A stretch of DNA of 64,000 nt from a virus (lineage: Duplodnaviria > Heunggongvirae > Uroviricota > Caudoviricetes), in the IMG/VR virus record IMGVR_UViG_3300029549_000273; one strand, given 5' to 3'. Shown piece after piece: positions 26,793 through 36,154 of this stretch. The notes under the pieces were generated by a model that was not told where the DNA came from, ran no database searches, and saw only the letters and a list, made by a program, of their open reading frames with translations. The translations under genes were made by a program, and so were the position numbers. Positions within the stretch are counted from its first letter, which is position 1. Every line of letters starts with the position of its first letter.

Positions 26793-27707
26793 TTACGCCT
26801 CCCTTTCCGCCTGCTGCATCAGCTGGGCAAGGATATCGTAGGCGTCTGTACCCTTTACCTTGTTGAGCAGTGCCATTGTGTCCGCATAACGTTCTCTGAT
26901 GACAGGCATACCGCAGAGCGCGGAACGAACCTGAAAATATCCCGGCGTCCGCTTGGCGGCAGCCAGCAGATGTGCTACGTTGCAGACACTCAACTCTTCT
27001 GCGCATCCGGCCCACTCGAAGGAGTCTCGGCCGATGGGTGCGCCGTTGCGGGGTGGAGTATTCCGCTCAATGGCGTCCAGGTACTCCTGCGTGTAACGCT
27101 CGGTGGAGGTGTCTTGAAGCGCCTCATAGGCCATCTTGAACGCGGCCAGCCACAGCCAAATGCGGTGTGCGATGGTTCGTCCCATATACGGGACGGTCTC
27201 CACGCCGTCCTCGTCCATCTCCAGCCATGCGGAGAAGGCAACGGGATTTGCCACGAAGCCCTTCTCAGAGTTGAAGCTGCCCAGCAGGTCCGTTTCTCTC
27301 TCGTCGAGGTCGTCCTGATACTCTGTTTCTCCGTTTGCGAGCATATCGGGATGATTGTCCCTATACTCTTCCAGCAACATGGTCTTGCGCTCACGAAGCT
27401 CACCCTTGGCCGTTTCGTAATCAAAGAAGTAGTCGTCCGTTGTGCAGACAAACTTCTCCATGAAATAGCCGGGTTTCTTCCAGTAGCCGGAAAGAGCCTT
27501 CAAAGTGGCAGTCTCCGTCAGGCAAATGACCGCAGAGCCAAGGTCTCCGGTGATATACACATGATAGCCGTCCATCACCGCACGAATCGCGTACGCCTGC
27601 GTCCCTGGCTGTCTCCAGTTCAGAACGCGCACGTTTTCGTCCAGAATGTCGAGGCGTGCCTTGTGGTTTGCGAATCGCTTTTCAGCTTTTACCATTTCCT
27701 GATTCAT
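26793..27707 (-). CDS. Hypothetical protein (304 aa)
   Basis: ORF with AAAGGAGAAGTAAAAAATG upstream. Confidence 0.5.
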   Translation of the reverse strand: MNQEMVKAEKRFANHKARLDILDENVRVLNWRQPGTQAYAIRAVMDGYHVYITGDLGSAVICLTETATLKALSGYWKKPGYFMEKFVCTTDDYFFDYETAKGELRERKTMLLEEYRDNHPDMLANGETEYQDDLDERETDLLGSFNSEKGFVANPVAFSAWLEMDEDGVETVPYMGRTIAHRIWLWLAAFKMAYEALQDTSTERYTQEYLDAIERNTPPRNGAPIGRDSFEWAGCAEELSVCNVAHLLAAAKRTPGYFQVRSALCGMPVIRERYADTMALLNKVKGTDAYDILAQLMQQAEREA

Positions 27708-27729
27708 TTTTTACTTCTCCTTTCCGCGT

Positions 27730-27921
27730 TCAGCAGTAGCTGCGTGCAAAATCCCGGTAAGCGTTGATACTCATTTCACAGTCATCGACCAGTCGATTGA
27801 TGACGGAGATTTCGTCCTCGGCAACACCGGAATCCTGAAGCTGCTTGAGCTTCTCGTTCACTTTCTCTACGGTCTCACAGGTAGTGAACCGGTGAGAATG
27901 GAAATCCAAAACATAAAACAT
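27730..27921 (-). CDS. Hypothetical small protein (63 aa)
   Basis: ORF with GAAAGGAGAAGATTTCT upstream. Confidence 0.4.
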   Translation of the reverse strand: MFYVLDFHSHRFTTCETVEKVNEKLKQLQDSGVAEDEISVINRLVDDCEMSINAYRDFARSYC

Positions 27922-27943
27922 AGAAATCTTCTCCTTTCGGTTT

Positions 27944-28174
27944 TCAAATGGTTGTGTTGTAATCCTTCGTCTTCACTTGGATGATAATTTGCGTACATTT
28001 GACAGTCACGAATGTCACTTTTGCTTCCAGGATACCCGGCATAGCGACTGCCGGAATCTGGTATAGGCTGCGAAAATGCCCAATCTCCTGCAAGCCGACG
28101 CGAACTACGACAGGGATTTCATCGCTGGCGGCACCGATTTGGCTGCAAAAGTCGAAAACAGTCAGTTTCTTCAT
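27944..28174 (-). CDS. Hypothetical small protein (76 aa)
   Basis: The internal start MKKLTVF is preceded by GGGGGATAACCCT. Confidence 0.35.
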   Translation of the reverse strand: MKKLTVFDFCSQIGAASDEIPVVVRVGLQEIGHFRSLYQIPAVAMPGILEAKVTFVTVKCTQIIIQVKTKDYNTTI

Positions 28175-28189
28175 AGGGTTATCCCCCAC

Positions 28190-28735
28190 TCAGTTCCAGC
28201 AGAGATTCCTGATTTCGCGGTCAGACAGACCAATCGTTCCATCCAGCATCTCCGTCAAGAACTCATACTGCTCGTCGCCAGTCATGCGGTCGGCATACTC
28301 CAAAACATTGTGGATAATGCGACCCGCCGTGCCGTCGATGTCGAAGTTGTTCAGAAGCCACTCGTAAGTGCCTTCGAGGCCGCAGGCTTCAGTCTCCTCG
28401 TCATCTGTGTTGGCGTCGCCATTTTCAAGAGCGTCAGCAAGGTCGTTGAGCATCTCTTGGATGGCGTCAGCGTCTTCCACCAACGTCTTGATGTCTGGCA
28501 CACCACTCACGCTGCTCTGCGCATCGACCAACATCTTGACGTGTTCCTCGGTATCGAAGCTGTCCGCGTAAGAACGGACTTCGGCTGCAAGACTCTCGGC
28601 GTCAGATGCGTCTTTCGTCAGAACCGTGAAGGAGAAATCTTCCCCCGCCGGACTGCACTGGTTAAATTCGATGCTATCGCTGTCCATATCGACTGCCCAT
28701 CCGTAGCTTTCTGCAATTTGAATCATTTTTTCCAT
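28190..28735 (-). CDS. Hypothetical acidic protein (181 aa)
   Basis: ORF with AAAAAAGGAGAATTAAAAAATG upstream. It is preceded by leader repeat copy C. Confidence 0.5.
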   Translation of the reverse strand: MEKMIQIAESYGWAVDMDSDSIEFNQCSPAGEDFSFTVLTKDASDAESLAAEVRSYADSFDTEEHVKMLVDAQSSVSGVPDIKTLVEDADAIQEMLNDLADALENGDANTDDEETEACGLEGTYEWLLNNFDIDGTAGRIIHNVLEYADRMTGDEQYEFLTEMLDGTIGLSDREIRNLCWN

Positions 28736-28744
28736 TTTTTAATT

Positions 28745-28925
28745 CTCCTTTTTTGAAATTTTTTTGATATATAAAAGCCAGTATCCGTATGGACGCTGAC
28801 TGAATTTTCTTTGTGTTTGTGATACTTCTTTTGTATGGTCTCAGCATACCGGCAGGCACGGAAAACTCCGCATTTTGCAAATTGGAACCTAAGAACCGAG
28901 GAACCTCAAATCTGGAGTGTGAAAA
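28745..28925. repeat. Conserved intergenic leader module, copy C
   Basis: Contains gatatataaaagccagtatccgtatggacgctgactgaattttctttgtgtttgtgatacttcttttgtatggtctcagcataccggcagg...ggaacctaagaaccgaggaacc. Confidence 0.6.
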
Positions 28926-28938
28926 GACAAAAAGAAAA

Positions 28939-28964
28939 AGCGCCGCCCACAAAGGGGCGGCGCT
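28939..28964 (-). terminator. Rho-independent terminator after the 28970..29182 gene
   Basis: The hairpin AGCGCCGCCCCtttgtGGGCGGCGCT is followed by TTTTTCTTTTTG. Confidence 0.55.
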
Positions 28965-28969
28965 CAGGT

Positions 28970-29182
28970 TTAAGACTTGGGAATGGCCTCCAGAAAGGGT
29001 TCGACCTTCTGGAACACCTTCTCAGAGCAGAGAACATTATTTCCGTTGCCAAGGTGCAGTTCCACGCGGTCGCCGATTCTGTTCCAGACCTTCTCCCCGT
29101 GCAGTGTATAGACGGGTAGGCTGCCGTATCTGCCGGCTTCCACGGTATGCAGCAGAGACGTCAGGTTCTTGATTTTATACAA
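28970..29182 (-). CDS. Hypothetical small protein (70 aa)
   Basis: ORF followed by a terminator. Confidence 0.45.
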   Translation of the reverse strand: MYKIKNLTSLLHTVEAGRYGSLPVYTLHGEKVWNRIGDRVELHLGNGNNVLCSEKVFQKVEPFLEAIPKS

Positions 29183-29936
29183 GGGCCGTCACCTCTGTCA
29201 TTTCCCCGTCGCAACGGAGAATCTTGAAGACCGCCATATCCACATTGGGATATGCCTCGGCAATCTTCTGGGCAACCTCGGCCTTGGAGGCTGCGTATAC
29301 GTCCATGACGAGCATGGGACCACCGCAGTCCGCCCAGTTGCCCTCCTGGGATTCATCCATCGGGTCAGCATCCTCGGACAGCTGCTTGGGGAAGTAGCCC
29401 TGCGCGTCGCGCACATACGAGCTATTCAGGAACACAAGATAGCGGCATTCCGCAACCTTGTCCCTGACTCGCTCAAAGAAGGCGCTGGCATCGAAGAGCT
29501 TTACCGCTTCCTCAAAGTGACTCGCACACTCCTGCGCAGGGACAAACAGGGCAATTTCGTCACCCTCCGGGTCGGTATCCTCGCCGAACAGAACGGTCCC
29601 CCACGGCTTGCACTGTCTGGTCAGTTCCGTTGCAATGCTGCGGAGCGCTTTCCTCGCCTTCTGTTTGGCGTCCTTGACAGCAGGGACATCCATCCAGTTA
29701 CTGTTGAACATCGTCGTGAGGAGCATCCCATCCTCGCCACTGTAAGTGACCGTATAGAGATTTGCGTCGTAGCCGGTGCTGAGCTGATAGTGTTCGTACA
29801 GTTCCTTCACCGCAGCGGGAAGCCGCTCAGAGTCACCTGTCGAAAACCCAGAACCGGGATAGTTTACCTCGCCCTCGGCGTTACACCAGTAATACATGGA
29901 ATCGGTCTGATATGCTTTGTTTAAACTTTTAATCAT
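29175..29936 (-). CDS. Hypothetical protein (253 aa)
   Basis: ORF with AAAAGGAGAAATGAAAAATG upstream. Confidence 0.5.
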   Translation of the reverse strand: MIKSLNKAYQTDSMYYWCNAEGEVNYPGSGFSTGDSERLPAAVKELYEHYQLSTGYDANLYTVTYSGEDGMLLTTMFNSNWMDVPAVKDAKQKARKALRSIATELTRQCKPWGTVLFGEDTDPEGDEIALFVPAQECASHFEEAVKLFDASAFFERVRDKVAECRYLVFLNSSYVRDAQGYFPKQLSEDADPMDESQEGNWADCGGPMLVMDVYAASKAEVAQKIAEAYPNVDMAVFKILRCDGEMTEVTALV

Positions 29937-29965
29937 TTTTCATTTCTCCTTTTTCCGTATTTTTC

Positions 29966-30511
29966 TTATTCATTGCCCGCCCGGATAACCGCAGCGACGG
30001 CCTCTGGCGTCGCGCCGATGGCATCCGTATAGTTGATGAACTCGTCCTCGGCATAGTCGCGTCCGCCCACGATGTAGGCAGAAACTACCATAGTCCAGAG
30101 GTGTTTGAAATCCTCAACGGACATATCGGCTGGCCGCTTAGCCAGCAGCCTTGGATGGGTCTTGGCAACAATGTCCAGCAGGGCATCTTCGTCGATGGTC
30201 TTGCTGTACGCATAGATCTCCTTGTCGTTCAGGAGTCGTTCGACCTGTGCGGCCAGGATTTCGACGCGCTCATAAGCGGTCAGCGCCCCGGCACCGTCGT
30301 CAGGACCGCAGCCGTTGTCCAGCTGGGCTTGGAATGCGGCCAAGTCCTCGTCCCAACAGGCGGTGTGTGCCAAGTAATAATAGGCGTTCTCGGCAGCCAC
30401 ATTGACGTCGAACCTGGAGTCATACTCCAGCTCGTCCAGTGCCCTGTCGATGACCTCCCGAACCCGTTTAAGGGTGAGAGAGGAGGATTCGTAGTCTTTC
30501 AGCAATTTCAT
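29966..30511 (-). CDS. Hypothetical protein (181 aa)
   Basis: ORF with GAAAGGAGACAGAAGC upstream. Confidence 0.5.
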   Translation of the reverse strand: MKLLKDYESSSLTLKRVREVIDRALDELEYDSRFDVNVAAENAYYYLAHTACWDEDLAAFQAQLDNGCGPDDGAGALTAYERVEILAAQVERLLNDKEIYAYSKTIDEDALLDIVAKTHPRLLAKRPADMSVEDFKHLWTMVVSAYIVGGRDYAEDEFINYTDAIGATPEAVAAVIRAGNE

Positions 30512-30539
30512 GCTTCTGTCTCCTTTCGAGTCAAGAAAA

Positions 30540-31970
30540 TCAGTTGTTGGGCTTCAGAATATCGGGTATCCAGTTTTCAGCAGATGGCCTGCGGAGGCTC
30601 TCCGGCACGCAATCATAGAACGCCGAATTTTCCGCCACAGCCATGTCGATAATCCAGAAATCGTCACCATTCTGCATCACGTCGATGCTCCACTGGCCTT
30701 GCAGGTCAAGCGCCGGCAGGAATTCCCGAATGTGTTCCACCACGGAATCGACATTCTCATGGTAGCGCCGCATCAAGGTCGCTTCGTGACTTTTGAAAAT
30801 CACATAATCGTGCATCTGATGCGGACTGTTTGCGTCCGAGCATGAACCAAAGCGATTGAGCATAGTCTTCGGCTCCCAATAGGGAGAGACACCGATGACA
30901 GCATCGCTGTCACAGTCAACAAATACGCGATATTCCGTATGAAGCGGCAAACCATGATAGATACAGGGATTTCCCTCTTTATCTGGAATGAATTCCCGCA
31001 CGACCCACTCATTTGTCGTTGAGACCCCATAAATGCAGGGAAAGCTAAGGGGACCGGCCATCTGTAACGCCTGATGGTGGATGTAGAGCAAATACTCGCC
31101 AAGTTCTCGAACCTCTTTTTCTCCGTGTACCAGGCAATTCCGGAAGTCGAACTTCGATGAATAGGTGCCGGTTTTCACGAAGTAATCCCGCTCGTCATTC
31201 AGGCGAAATACAGCGTGCGCCCAGTTATCGACGATTTGGATGGTCGAAGGCGTTAGGCTGTGATAGTCCAGACGAGTCATCTGTAAGAGCGTCAGGGGGA
31301 CCTTGGCTATCGTCGTTGCCGGAATCCGGAAGAATCCAGAATCCCGGTAGGCACGCACAAGCTCCGGGAACCAATGTCCGATGGAGTTGCGATTCTGCCC
31401 GATGATGCGGTAGGCCAGCGCATCAAGGTCAAGGATGTCCAGTCCCTGCCGAAAGCGGTTATACGCATCCCGACGCTCCTTCGGCGTCTTCCCGTTCTGC
31501 ATCTTGTCGTAGTAGAACAGGAGCGCAGCTGAGGCAGTGATGTCAAGGTCTCGCTTCATCAGTTCCCCACTCAGCTGCGGTCGCAGCGAAGCGGGAATTC
31601 GCAGCAGGTCCTGATTGGTGACAGGAGCATTTTTCTCCGGTGCGTTGGAAAGCGATTTTTCAATTTTGTCTGTTTTTCCATCATAAGTGTAGGTCAGCGT
31701 TTGCCCGATAAGCTCCTTCACGATGCGCTCCGTAAGAGCTTTCAGCTCTTCCGGGCTGTCGTCGCCGAGCCGCTCGTTTTTCGCCGCTGCCTGCCTGGAA
31801 TTGACCTCGAAAATGCTTTCTGGCTCAGTCTGCAACGCAGCTTTGGAATAAGCCTTCTCGAAGGCGTCCAGTGCATCAGGACTGACGCGCAGGATTTCCG
31901 CGATTCGGTCTCTGCTAATGTAGAATTTCTGTGCGGATGTCTGAGCAAACAGATTGTCTAAACCAAACAT
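30540..31970 (-). CDS. Hypothetical protein (476 aa), possibly an ATP-grasp-like fold
   Basis: Large ORF. The C-terminal motifs are only weakly suggestive. Confidence 0.45.
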   Translation of the reverse strand: MFGLDNLFAQTSAQKFYISRDRIAEILRVSPDALDAFEKAYSKAALQTEPESIFEVNSRQAAAKNERLGDDSPEELKALTERIVKELIGQTLTYTYDGKTDKIEKSLSNAPEKNAPVTNQDLLRIPASLRPQLSGELMKRDLDITASAALLFYYDKMQNGKTPKERRDAYNRFRQGLDILDLDALAYRIIGQNRNSIGHWFPELVRAYRDSGFFRIPATTIAKVPLTLLQMTRLDYHSLTPSTIQIVDNWAHAVFRLNDERDYFVKTGTYSSKFDFRNCLVHGEKEVRELGEYLLYIHHQALQMAGPLSFPCIYGVSTTNEWVVREFIPDKEGNPCIYHGLPLHTEYRVFVDCDSDAVIGVSPYWEPKTMLNRFGSCSDANSPHQMHDYVIFKSHEATLMRRYHENVDSVVEHIREFLPALDLQGQWSIDVMQNGDDFWIIDMAVAENSAFYDCVPESLRRPSAENWIPDILKPNN

Positions 31971-31982
31971 CTTCAGCCCTCC

Positions 31983-32729
31983 TTATGAGATTTGAGAATC
32001 GGCGTTCTTCACATAGTCTTTCACTTTCTTCTGAAGCTGGTTGACCTTGCAAATCACGTTCTCCTCGTCGTCGATATCCTCGTAACTGCTGTCACAGCCG
32101 TCTACCACATTACCGTTTGCGGCAATGTAGAGCGTATCGAAGGCAATGCTGTTGTACTCTGTGGAGTAATCCGTTACCAGCTCGTCCATGTCGGTCCTGA
32201 GCACCTCCGGTGCTCTTACGCCGATGCCGTTCTTGTTGGCACGTCCGGTATTTAACAGCCAATTCAAATCGTCATCCTTGACCGAATGCTGTTTACCCTG
32301 GCCGAAGAAGGACAAGCCGCTCAGAATTTTCGCGTTGTCATTGTCGCGGAACGCCTCGTGGAACATATCCACAGAGACATCGACCTCGCACATATCCTGC
32401 TCTTCCATCTTAGCATACGATTCCAGCAGCGTCAGCGCGAGGTCGCGCATCTGCTCCTTCGACGTCGCTCCGTTGGTGGCGACATAGAAAGCAGCCGGCA
32501 TCGTGTCATAACGCTCCGCAAGCTCAAAGTACCGCTTGATGGCCGGAACATTCAAAGACGGCTCGCCGCCCGTGAAAATGACGGAAGCAGGGTGGATATG
32601 CTTAGCGATGCCCGACAGAACTGCTGTTGAGATGTCAAGATTTTGCGCATCTCCGCGCAGGCAGTGGTTGCATTTCATGTTGCAGCGACGAGTGACCTCA
32701 ATGGCGAGGTAATTTACATAAATCTCCAT
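31983..32729 (-). CDS. Radical SAM domain protein
   Basis: The CNMKCNHC sequence is a CxxxCxxC motif right after the start, and VIFTGGEPSL is glycine-rich. The internal start MEIYVNY is 9 nt after GGAG. Confidence 0.6.
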   Translation of the reverse strand: MEIYVNYLAIEVTRRCNMKCNHCLRGDAQNLDISTAVLSGIAKHIHPASVIFTGGEPSLNVPAIKRYFELAERYDTMPAAFYVATNGATSKEQMRDLALTLLESYAKMEEQDMCEVDVSVDMFHEAFRDNDNAKILSGLSFFGQGKQHSVKDDDLNWLLNTGRANKNGIGVRAPEVLRTDMDELVTDYSTEYNSIAFDTLYIAANGNVVDGCDSSYEDIDDEENVICKVNQLQKKVKDYVKNADSQIS

Positions 32730-32744
32730 TTTCATTTCTCCTTT

Positions 32745-32915
32745 TTTGTGATGGTTATGTGATATATAAAAGCCAGCACCCACGCGGGCGCTGACTGAAC
32801 TTTCTTTTTTGTTTGTGATACTTCTTTGGTATGGTCTCAGCATACCGGCGGAAGTAGAAATTGCCGCATTCACCTTCCAAGAACCTGAGAACTGAAGAAC
32901 CGGAGAACTGCAAAG
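32745..32915. repeat. Conserved intergenic leader module, copy D
   Basis: Contains gatatataaaagccagcacccacgcgggcgctgactgaactttcttttttgtttgtgatacttctttggtatggtctcagcataccggcgg...aagaacctgagaactgaagaaccggagaac. Confidence 0.6.
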
Positions 32916-32919
32916 AAAA

Positions 32920-32945
32920 AGCGCCGTCCATTACGGGCGGCGCTT
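32920..32945 (-). terminator. Rho-independent terminator after the 32951..33868 gene
   Basis: The hairpin AGCGCCGCCCgtaatgGACGGCGCT is followed by a U-run. Confidence 0.5.
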
Positions 32946-32950
32946 TTTCA

Positions 32951-33868
32951 TCAAATTTTGTGGGTGCAGTACGGGCAGCGCTCGTCTGTTGCGTAGCAGA
33001 TGCACTCGGTATCATCCTGCCAGGGGTGGCAGGTATTGATGCGGAACCGTGCGGAAAGCGCGGTTTCCAGATAGTCGGTCACAGGACCAATGGCGGCCAT
33101 ATCCCAGCGAAGCGGAAGCCCGTCGTCGGCATCCTCCTGTAAGGAGTGTTCGCCGGCGGCTTCCTTCGCCTCGTCCGTAGCGTCAGACAGGAGGCCCTCC
33201 GGAAGCGCGTTGACGTGTTCCACGGAAAACTCATTCACAGCTGCGAGAAGAGCCTCTTTCGGCGCTTCCCCGTTTACGCTGTGGCCTGTGACAACCGCGC
33301 AGATGAAGTCGAACACTGCGTTGTCGATGCGGTCGCCGGCCTCGGCGAGGAGGTCGTTGTCCTTGACAGGCTCCCTGCGGATGGTGCCATGCGTCCACGG
33401 CCCTGTGTAGGTGCCGATGCTTGGCAGGCGCTCCAGCAGGGCTGCTTTCATGCCGTCAAGGTACGCCTTGTAGTGCTTCCTCTGGAAACCCTCCGAACAG
33501 GGGTTATCCTTCTGAAGCAGTTCCACGGCATAGGCCCAGTCGCTGTCCTCAATGCCGATGTAAAACAGGCTGCTTTCGAGGATGACGCGCACATTGCGGC
33601 CAAGCCACTTGTCCTGCTTGACACGCGCAAAGCTGGGATACCTGTGCGTGAAGTTCTCCACAAAGCACTCCAGCACATCCTCCAGCTCGTTCGCACTGCC
33701 TTCGTCATCGAAGAGCCAGCCGTTGCCGGACAAATCCTTGGCGCTGAGGTCTTTCTGGAGGATGGTATCCTCACAGTCATCCTCGCGGCGAAGCACTGTG
33801 GTATAGTCGCTGTCGATATAGAACAGGCCCTCATACGGACCGCTCACACAAACATTACCTTTTCCCAT
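32951..33868 (-). CDS. Hypothetical protein (305 aa), Cys-rich C-terminus
   Basis: ORF with a ribosome-binding site. The C-terminus is CHPWQDDTECICYATDERCPYCTHKI. Confidence 0.5.
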   Translation of the reverse strand: MGKGNVCVSGPYEGLFYIDSDYTTVLRREDDCEDTILQKDLSAKDLSGNGWLFDDEGSANELEDVLECFVENFTHRYPSFARVKQDKWLGRNVRVILESSLFYIGIEDSDWAYAVELLQKDNPCSEGFQRKHYKAYLDGMKAALLERLPSIGTYTGPWTHGTIRREPVKDNDLLAEAGDRIDNAVFDFICAVVTGHSVNGEAPKEALLAAVNEFSVEHVNALPEGLLSDATDEAKEAAGEHSLQEDADDGLPLRWDMAAIGPVTDYLETALSARFRINTCHPWQDDTECICYATDERCPYCTHKI

Positions 33869-33906
33869 TTTTTCATTTCTCCTTATTGTTAAAAAATCGT
33901 AGATTC

Positions 33907-34110
33907 TCAGATGTCGTCATCACCGACATCGAACCCCAAATGACAGAATCCAAACTCGTCGGACAGCCAGTTGGAAATCGTGTCGAGCCATTCTTCCCTA
34001 CTTGCAAAATGGGACTGGTCGAATCTGCTTGGCAGCTCAACTTCCTTCGGCAGGGAGGCTCTTGCCTCCCTGTCGCCGTCGGTGTCCCAAAGGATATTGC
34101 GGATTTTCAT
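33907..34110 (-). CDS. Hypothetical small protein (67 aa)
   Basis: The internal start MKIRNIL follows AAAGGAGAAATA. Confidence 0.4.
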   Translation of the reverse strand: MKIRNILWDTDGDREARASLPKEVELPSRFDQSHFASREEWLDTISNWLSDEFGFCHLGFDVGDDDI

Positions 34111-34121
34111 TATTTCTCCTT

Positions 34122-34526
34122 TCAGTCGGCGGACACATACCACCAGCCGGTGTATCTGTCTTCTTCGTGATTTCTTTCGTCCTCCTTGTGGTCGTAGTAG
34201 CCGGTGTGGAGGTCAAAGGCCTCCCCTCGTTCGTTGTAAAGCTGCCACAGGAGGTCGCACAGCGCGTTCGCGGCAGATTCTGTCTTGCACAGAATCTGGT
34301 CCCCATCGCTCCAGACTTCGCCATCGGAATAGTCGCGAACCCGCGCACAGATGAACGAAAAGAAATCCTTTTCTGCATAGCTGTCGCAGTTCACGGAGAT
34401 ATCGAGCGTTTTGCTGACATTCTCAATCTCGTCGTAGTGTCCTTTGACGAGATAGTTGTTCACGATGAACTGCATCCGCTTGGAGCACACGCCCACATGA
34501 GTGCAGTTGAGACAAGTCTTCTGCAT
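34122..34526 (-). CDS. Hypothetical protein (134 aa)
   Basis: ORF with GAAGGAGGATTGCTG upstream. Confidence 0.5.
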   Translation of the reverse strand: MQKTCLNCTHVGVCSKRMQFIVNNYLVKGHYDEIENVSKTLDISVNCDSYAEKDFFSFICARVRDYSDGEVWSDGDQILCKTESAANALCDLLWQLYNERGEAFDLHTGYYDHKEDERNHEEDRYTGWWYVSAD

Positions 34527-34527
34527 A

Positions 34528-35202
34528 TCAGCAATCCTCCTTCATCATGAAATCCTTCATAGCGTAGTCCTGGCAGCCGTCATCGCCCAGTCTCGGAGCC
34601 TTTCCGGTGACGAAGGGCAGCTTGCAGATGCCGTGCGGATTGAAGACACAGAACTCCGTGTCGCATTCCGTACACAGCTTCTCCAGTTCGGCGTAGTTAT
34701 CCCGTTCCTGGTCGGAACTGCACTCAATCTTCGTCAGATATTTCAGGCTGGCATTCATGGTATTCCCGGTTTTGAGCAGGTAGTTGAACATACCGTTTCC
34801 GGTATCGTCCCTCTCCACGCTCAGGAACCTCACGGTTGCAGCCTCAGAACGAGGCAGCAGCTCGACGATTTTGACCGTGGCACGGGAAGCATTCTCCGTT
34901 CCAAAGCCATAGGTACAGACATCGCCGGCCTTCAGCTCCTGTGCAGGCTGATTGTGACGGCAGGTATCGGTCTCGGAGTTGTAATCGCAGTTCTCCACGC
35001 ACTTGTCCTCCGGATGCTGGCAGGCGTCACAGAGCATCAGCCGCTTGCCGCAATGAGGGCAGAACGCCTTGTAGCCGTCTGCGGCCACATTCCATCGCAT
35101 CTCAACCTCTGCTTCGCAATGCGGGCAGACCTCTGTCACGATATACTCGCGGTCTTTGCAGGAACCGGTGGTTTTCTCACTAATATTAGTCATAATTCTC
35201 AT
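34528..35202 (-). CDS. Cys-rich protein with multiple zinc-ribbon-like CxxC pairs
   Basis: Contains CPHCEAE...CPHCGKR...CDAC...C..C..C and CTEC...C. Confidence 0.5.
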   Translation of the reverse strand: MRIMTNISEKTTGSCKDREYIVTEVCPHCEAEVEMRWNVAADGYKAFCPHCGKRLMLCDACQHPEDKCVENCDYNSETDTCRHNQPAQELKAGDVCTYGFGTENASRATVKIVELLPRSEAATVRFLSVERDDTGNGMFNYLLKTGNTMNASLKYLTKIECSSDQERDNYAELEKLCTECDTEFCVFNPHGICKLPFVTGKAPRLGDDGCQDYAMKDFMMKEDC

Positions 35203-35217
35203 TCTCCTTCTTTTTTG

Positions 35218-35916
35218 TCAGTCACGCCAGTATGCGCCGTCTTTCGCTTCGCCCTTCGGGAAAACGGTATACTCTGTTCCGTGCAGCACGATGTACTCAT
35301 GGTTCAGAACATTGACAGAATCTCCAACGTCAATGGTCTGAATGTTGAATACCTGCTTTGTGTCCAGACAGACGTCTGCCTTTGTCGCCGCAATGCAATT
35401 TCCGCCGTCCCAAACGGAGACATAAGGGATGTTGCGAACGATGGAAGGCTCTTCCTCAGTGCTCTGCTCAGCTTTCTCCAGAGCTGCCCGTACCTCGCCA
35501 ATCTGCCAAGAAGGCATCAACGGGAATCCGGCTCTCGTATAGAGACCGCCGCCCGCCTCCGCCTTCTCCAAGGCGGCCTTTGCGGCGTCCTCGGATGCGA
35601 AGATGGTGTACTGGCTGACCTCGATACCGGGCAAGTAGGAAAACGTCTTCGTTTTACCATCAGAGCATTCGACTTCGGTCATTCCCGAATAGGCAACGCC
35701 CGTCCAGCCAAACCAACCGGGTTCCACAAATTCGGAGAAGGTCACAGTAGACACCGTTACTTTTACGACCGCCAACTCTCTCGTGGACGGACGATACAGC
35801 CGACCGTATTTGTTGACTTTCTGCTTAAAGGTGATTGCGTACACCTCGGAGCCAATGCCGATGGGAACGCCGTCAGCAGTCTTGCACGCTGGTAAGAGAT
35901 ATGCCTTGTTCTTCAT
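35218..35916 (-). CDS. Hypothetical protein (232 aa)
   Basis: ORF with AAAGGAGAAACGAAAAAAATG upstream. It is preceded by leader repeat copy E. Confidence 0.5.
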   Translation of the reverse strand: MKNKAYLLPACKTADGVPIGIGSEVYAITFKQKVNKYGRLYRPSTRELAVVKVTVSTVTFSEFVEPGWFGWTGVAYSGMTEVECSDGKTKTFSYLPGIEVSQYTIFASEDAAKAALEKAEAGGGLYTRAGFPLMPSWQIGEVRAALEKAEQSTEEEPSIVRNIPYVSVWDGGNCIAATKADVCLDTKQVFNIQTIDVGDSVNVLNHEYIVLHGTEYTVFPKGEAKDGAYWRD

Positions 35917-35934
35917 TTTTTTCGTTTCTCCTTT

Positions 35935-36100
35935 TTGTTTATGAAATTTTTATATATAAAAGCCAGCATCCGCAACGGACGCTGACTGAACTTTCTTTGT
36001 GTTTGAGATACTTCTTTTGTATGATTTCAGCATACCGGCAGAAGAGAAAAAATCACCTATTTCCTGATGGAGAACCTAAGAATATGAGAACTCGATTGTG
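35935..36100. repeat. Conserved intergenic leader module, copy E
   Basis: Contains tatatataaaagccagcatccgcaacggacgctgactgaactttctttgtgtttgagatacttcttttgtatgatttcagcataccggcag...ggagaacctaagaatatgagaac. Confidence 0.6.
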
Positions 36101-36154
36101 GCAAAACATGGAAAAAGCGCCGGCGGATATTTTCATCCACCGACGCTTCAGTTG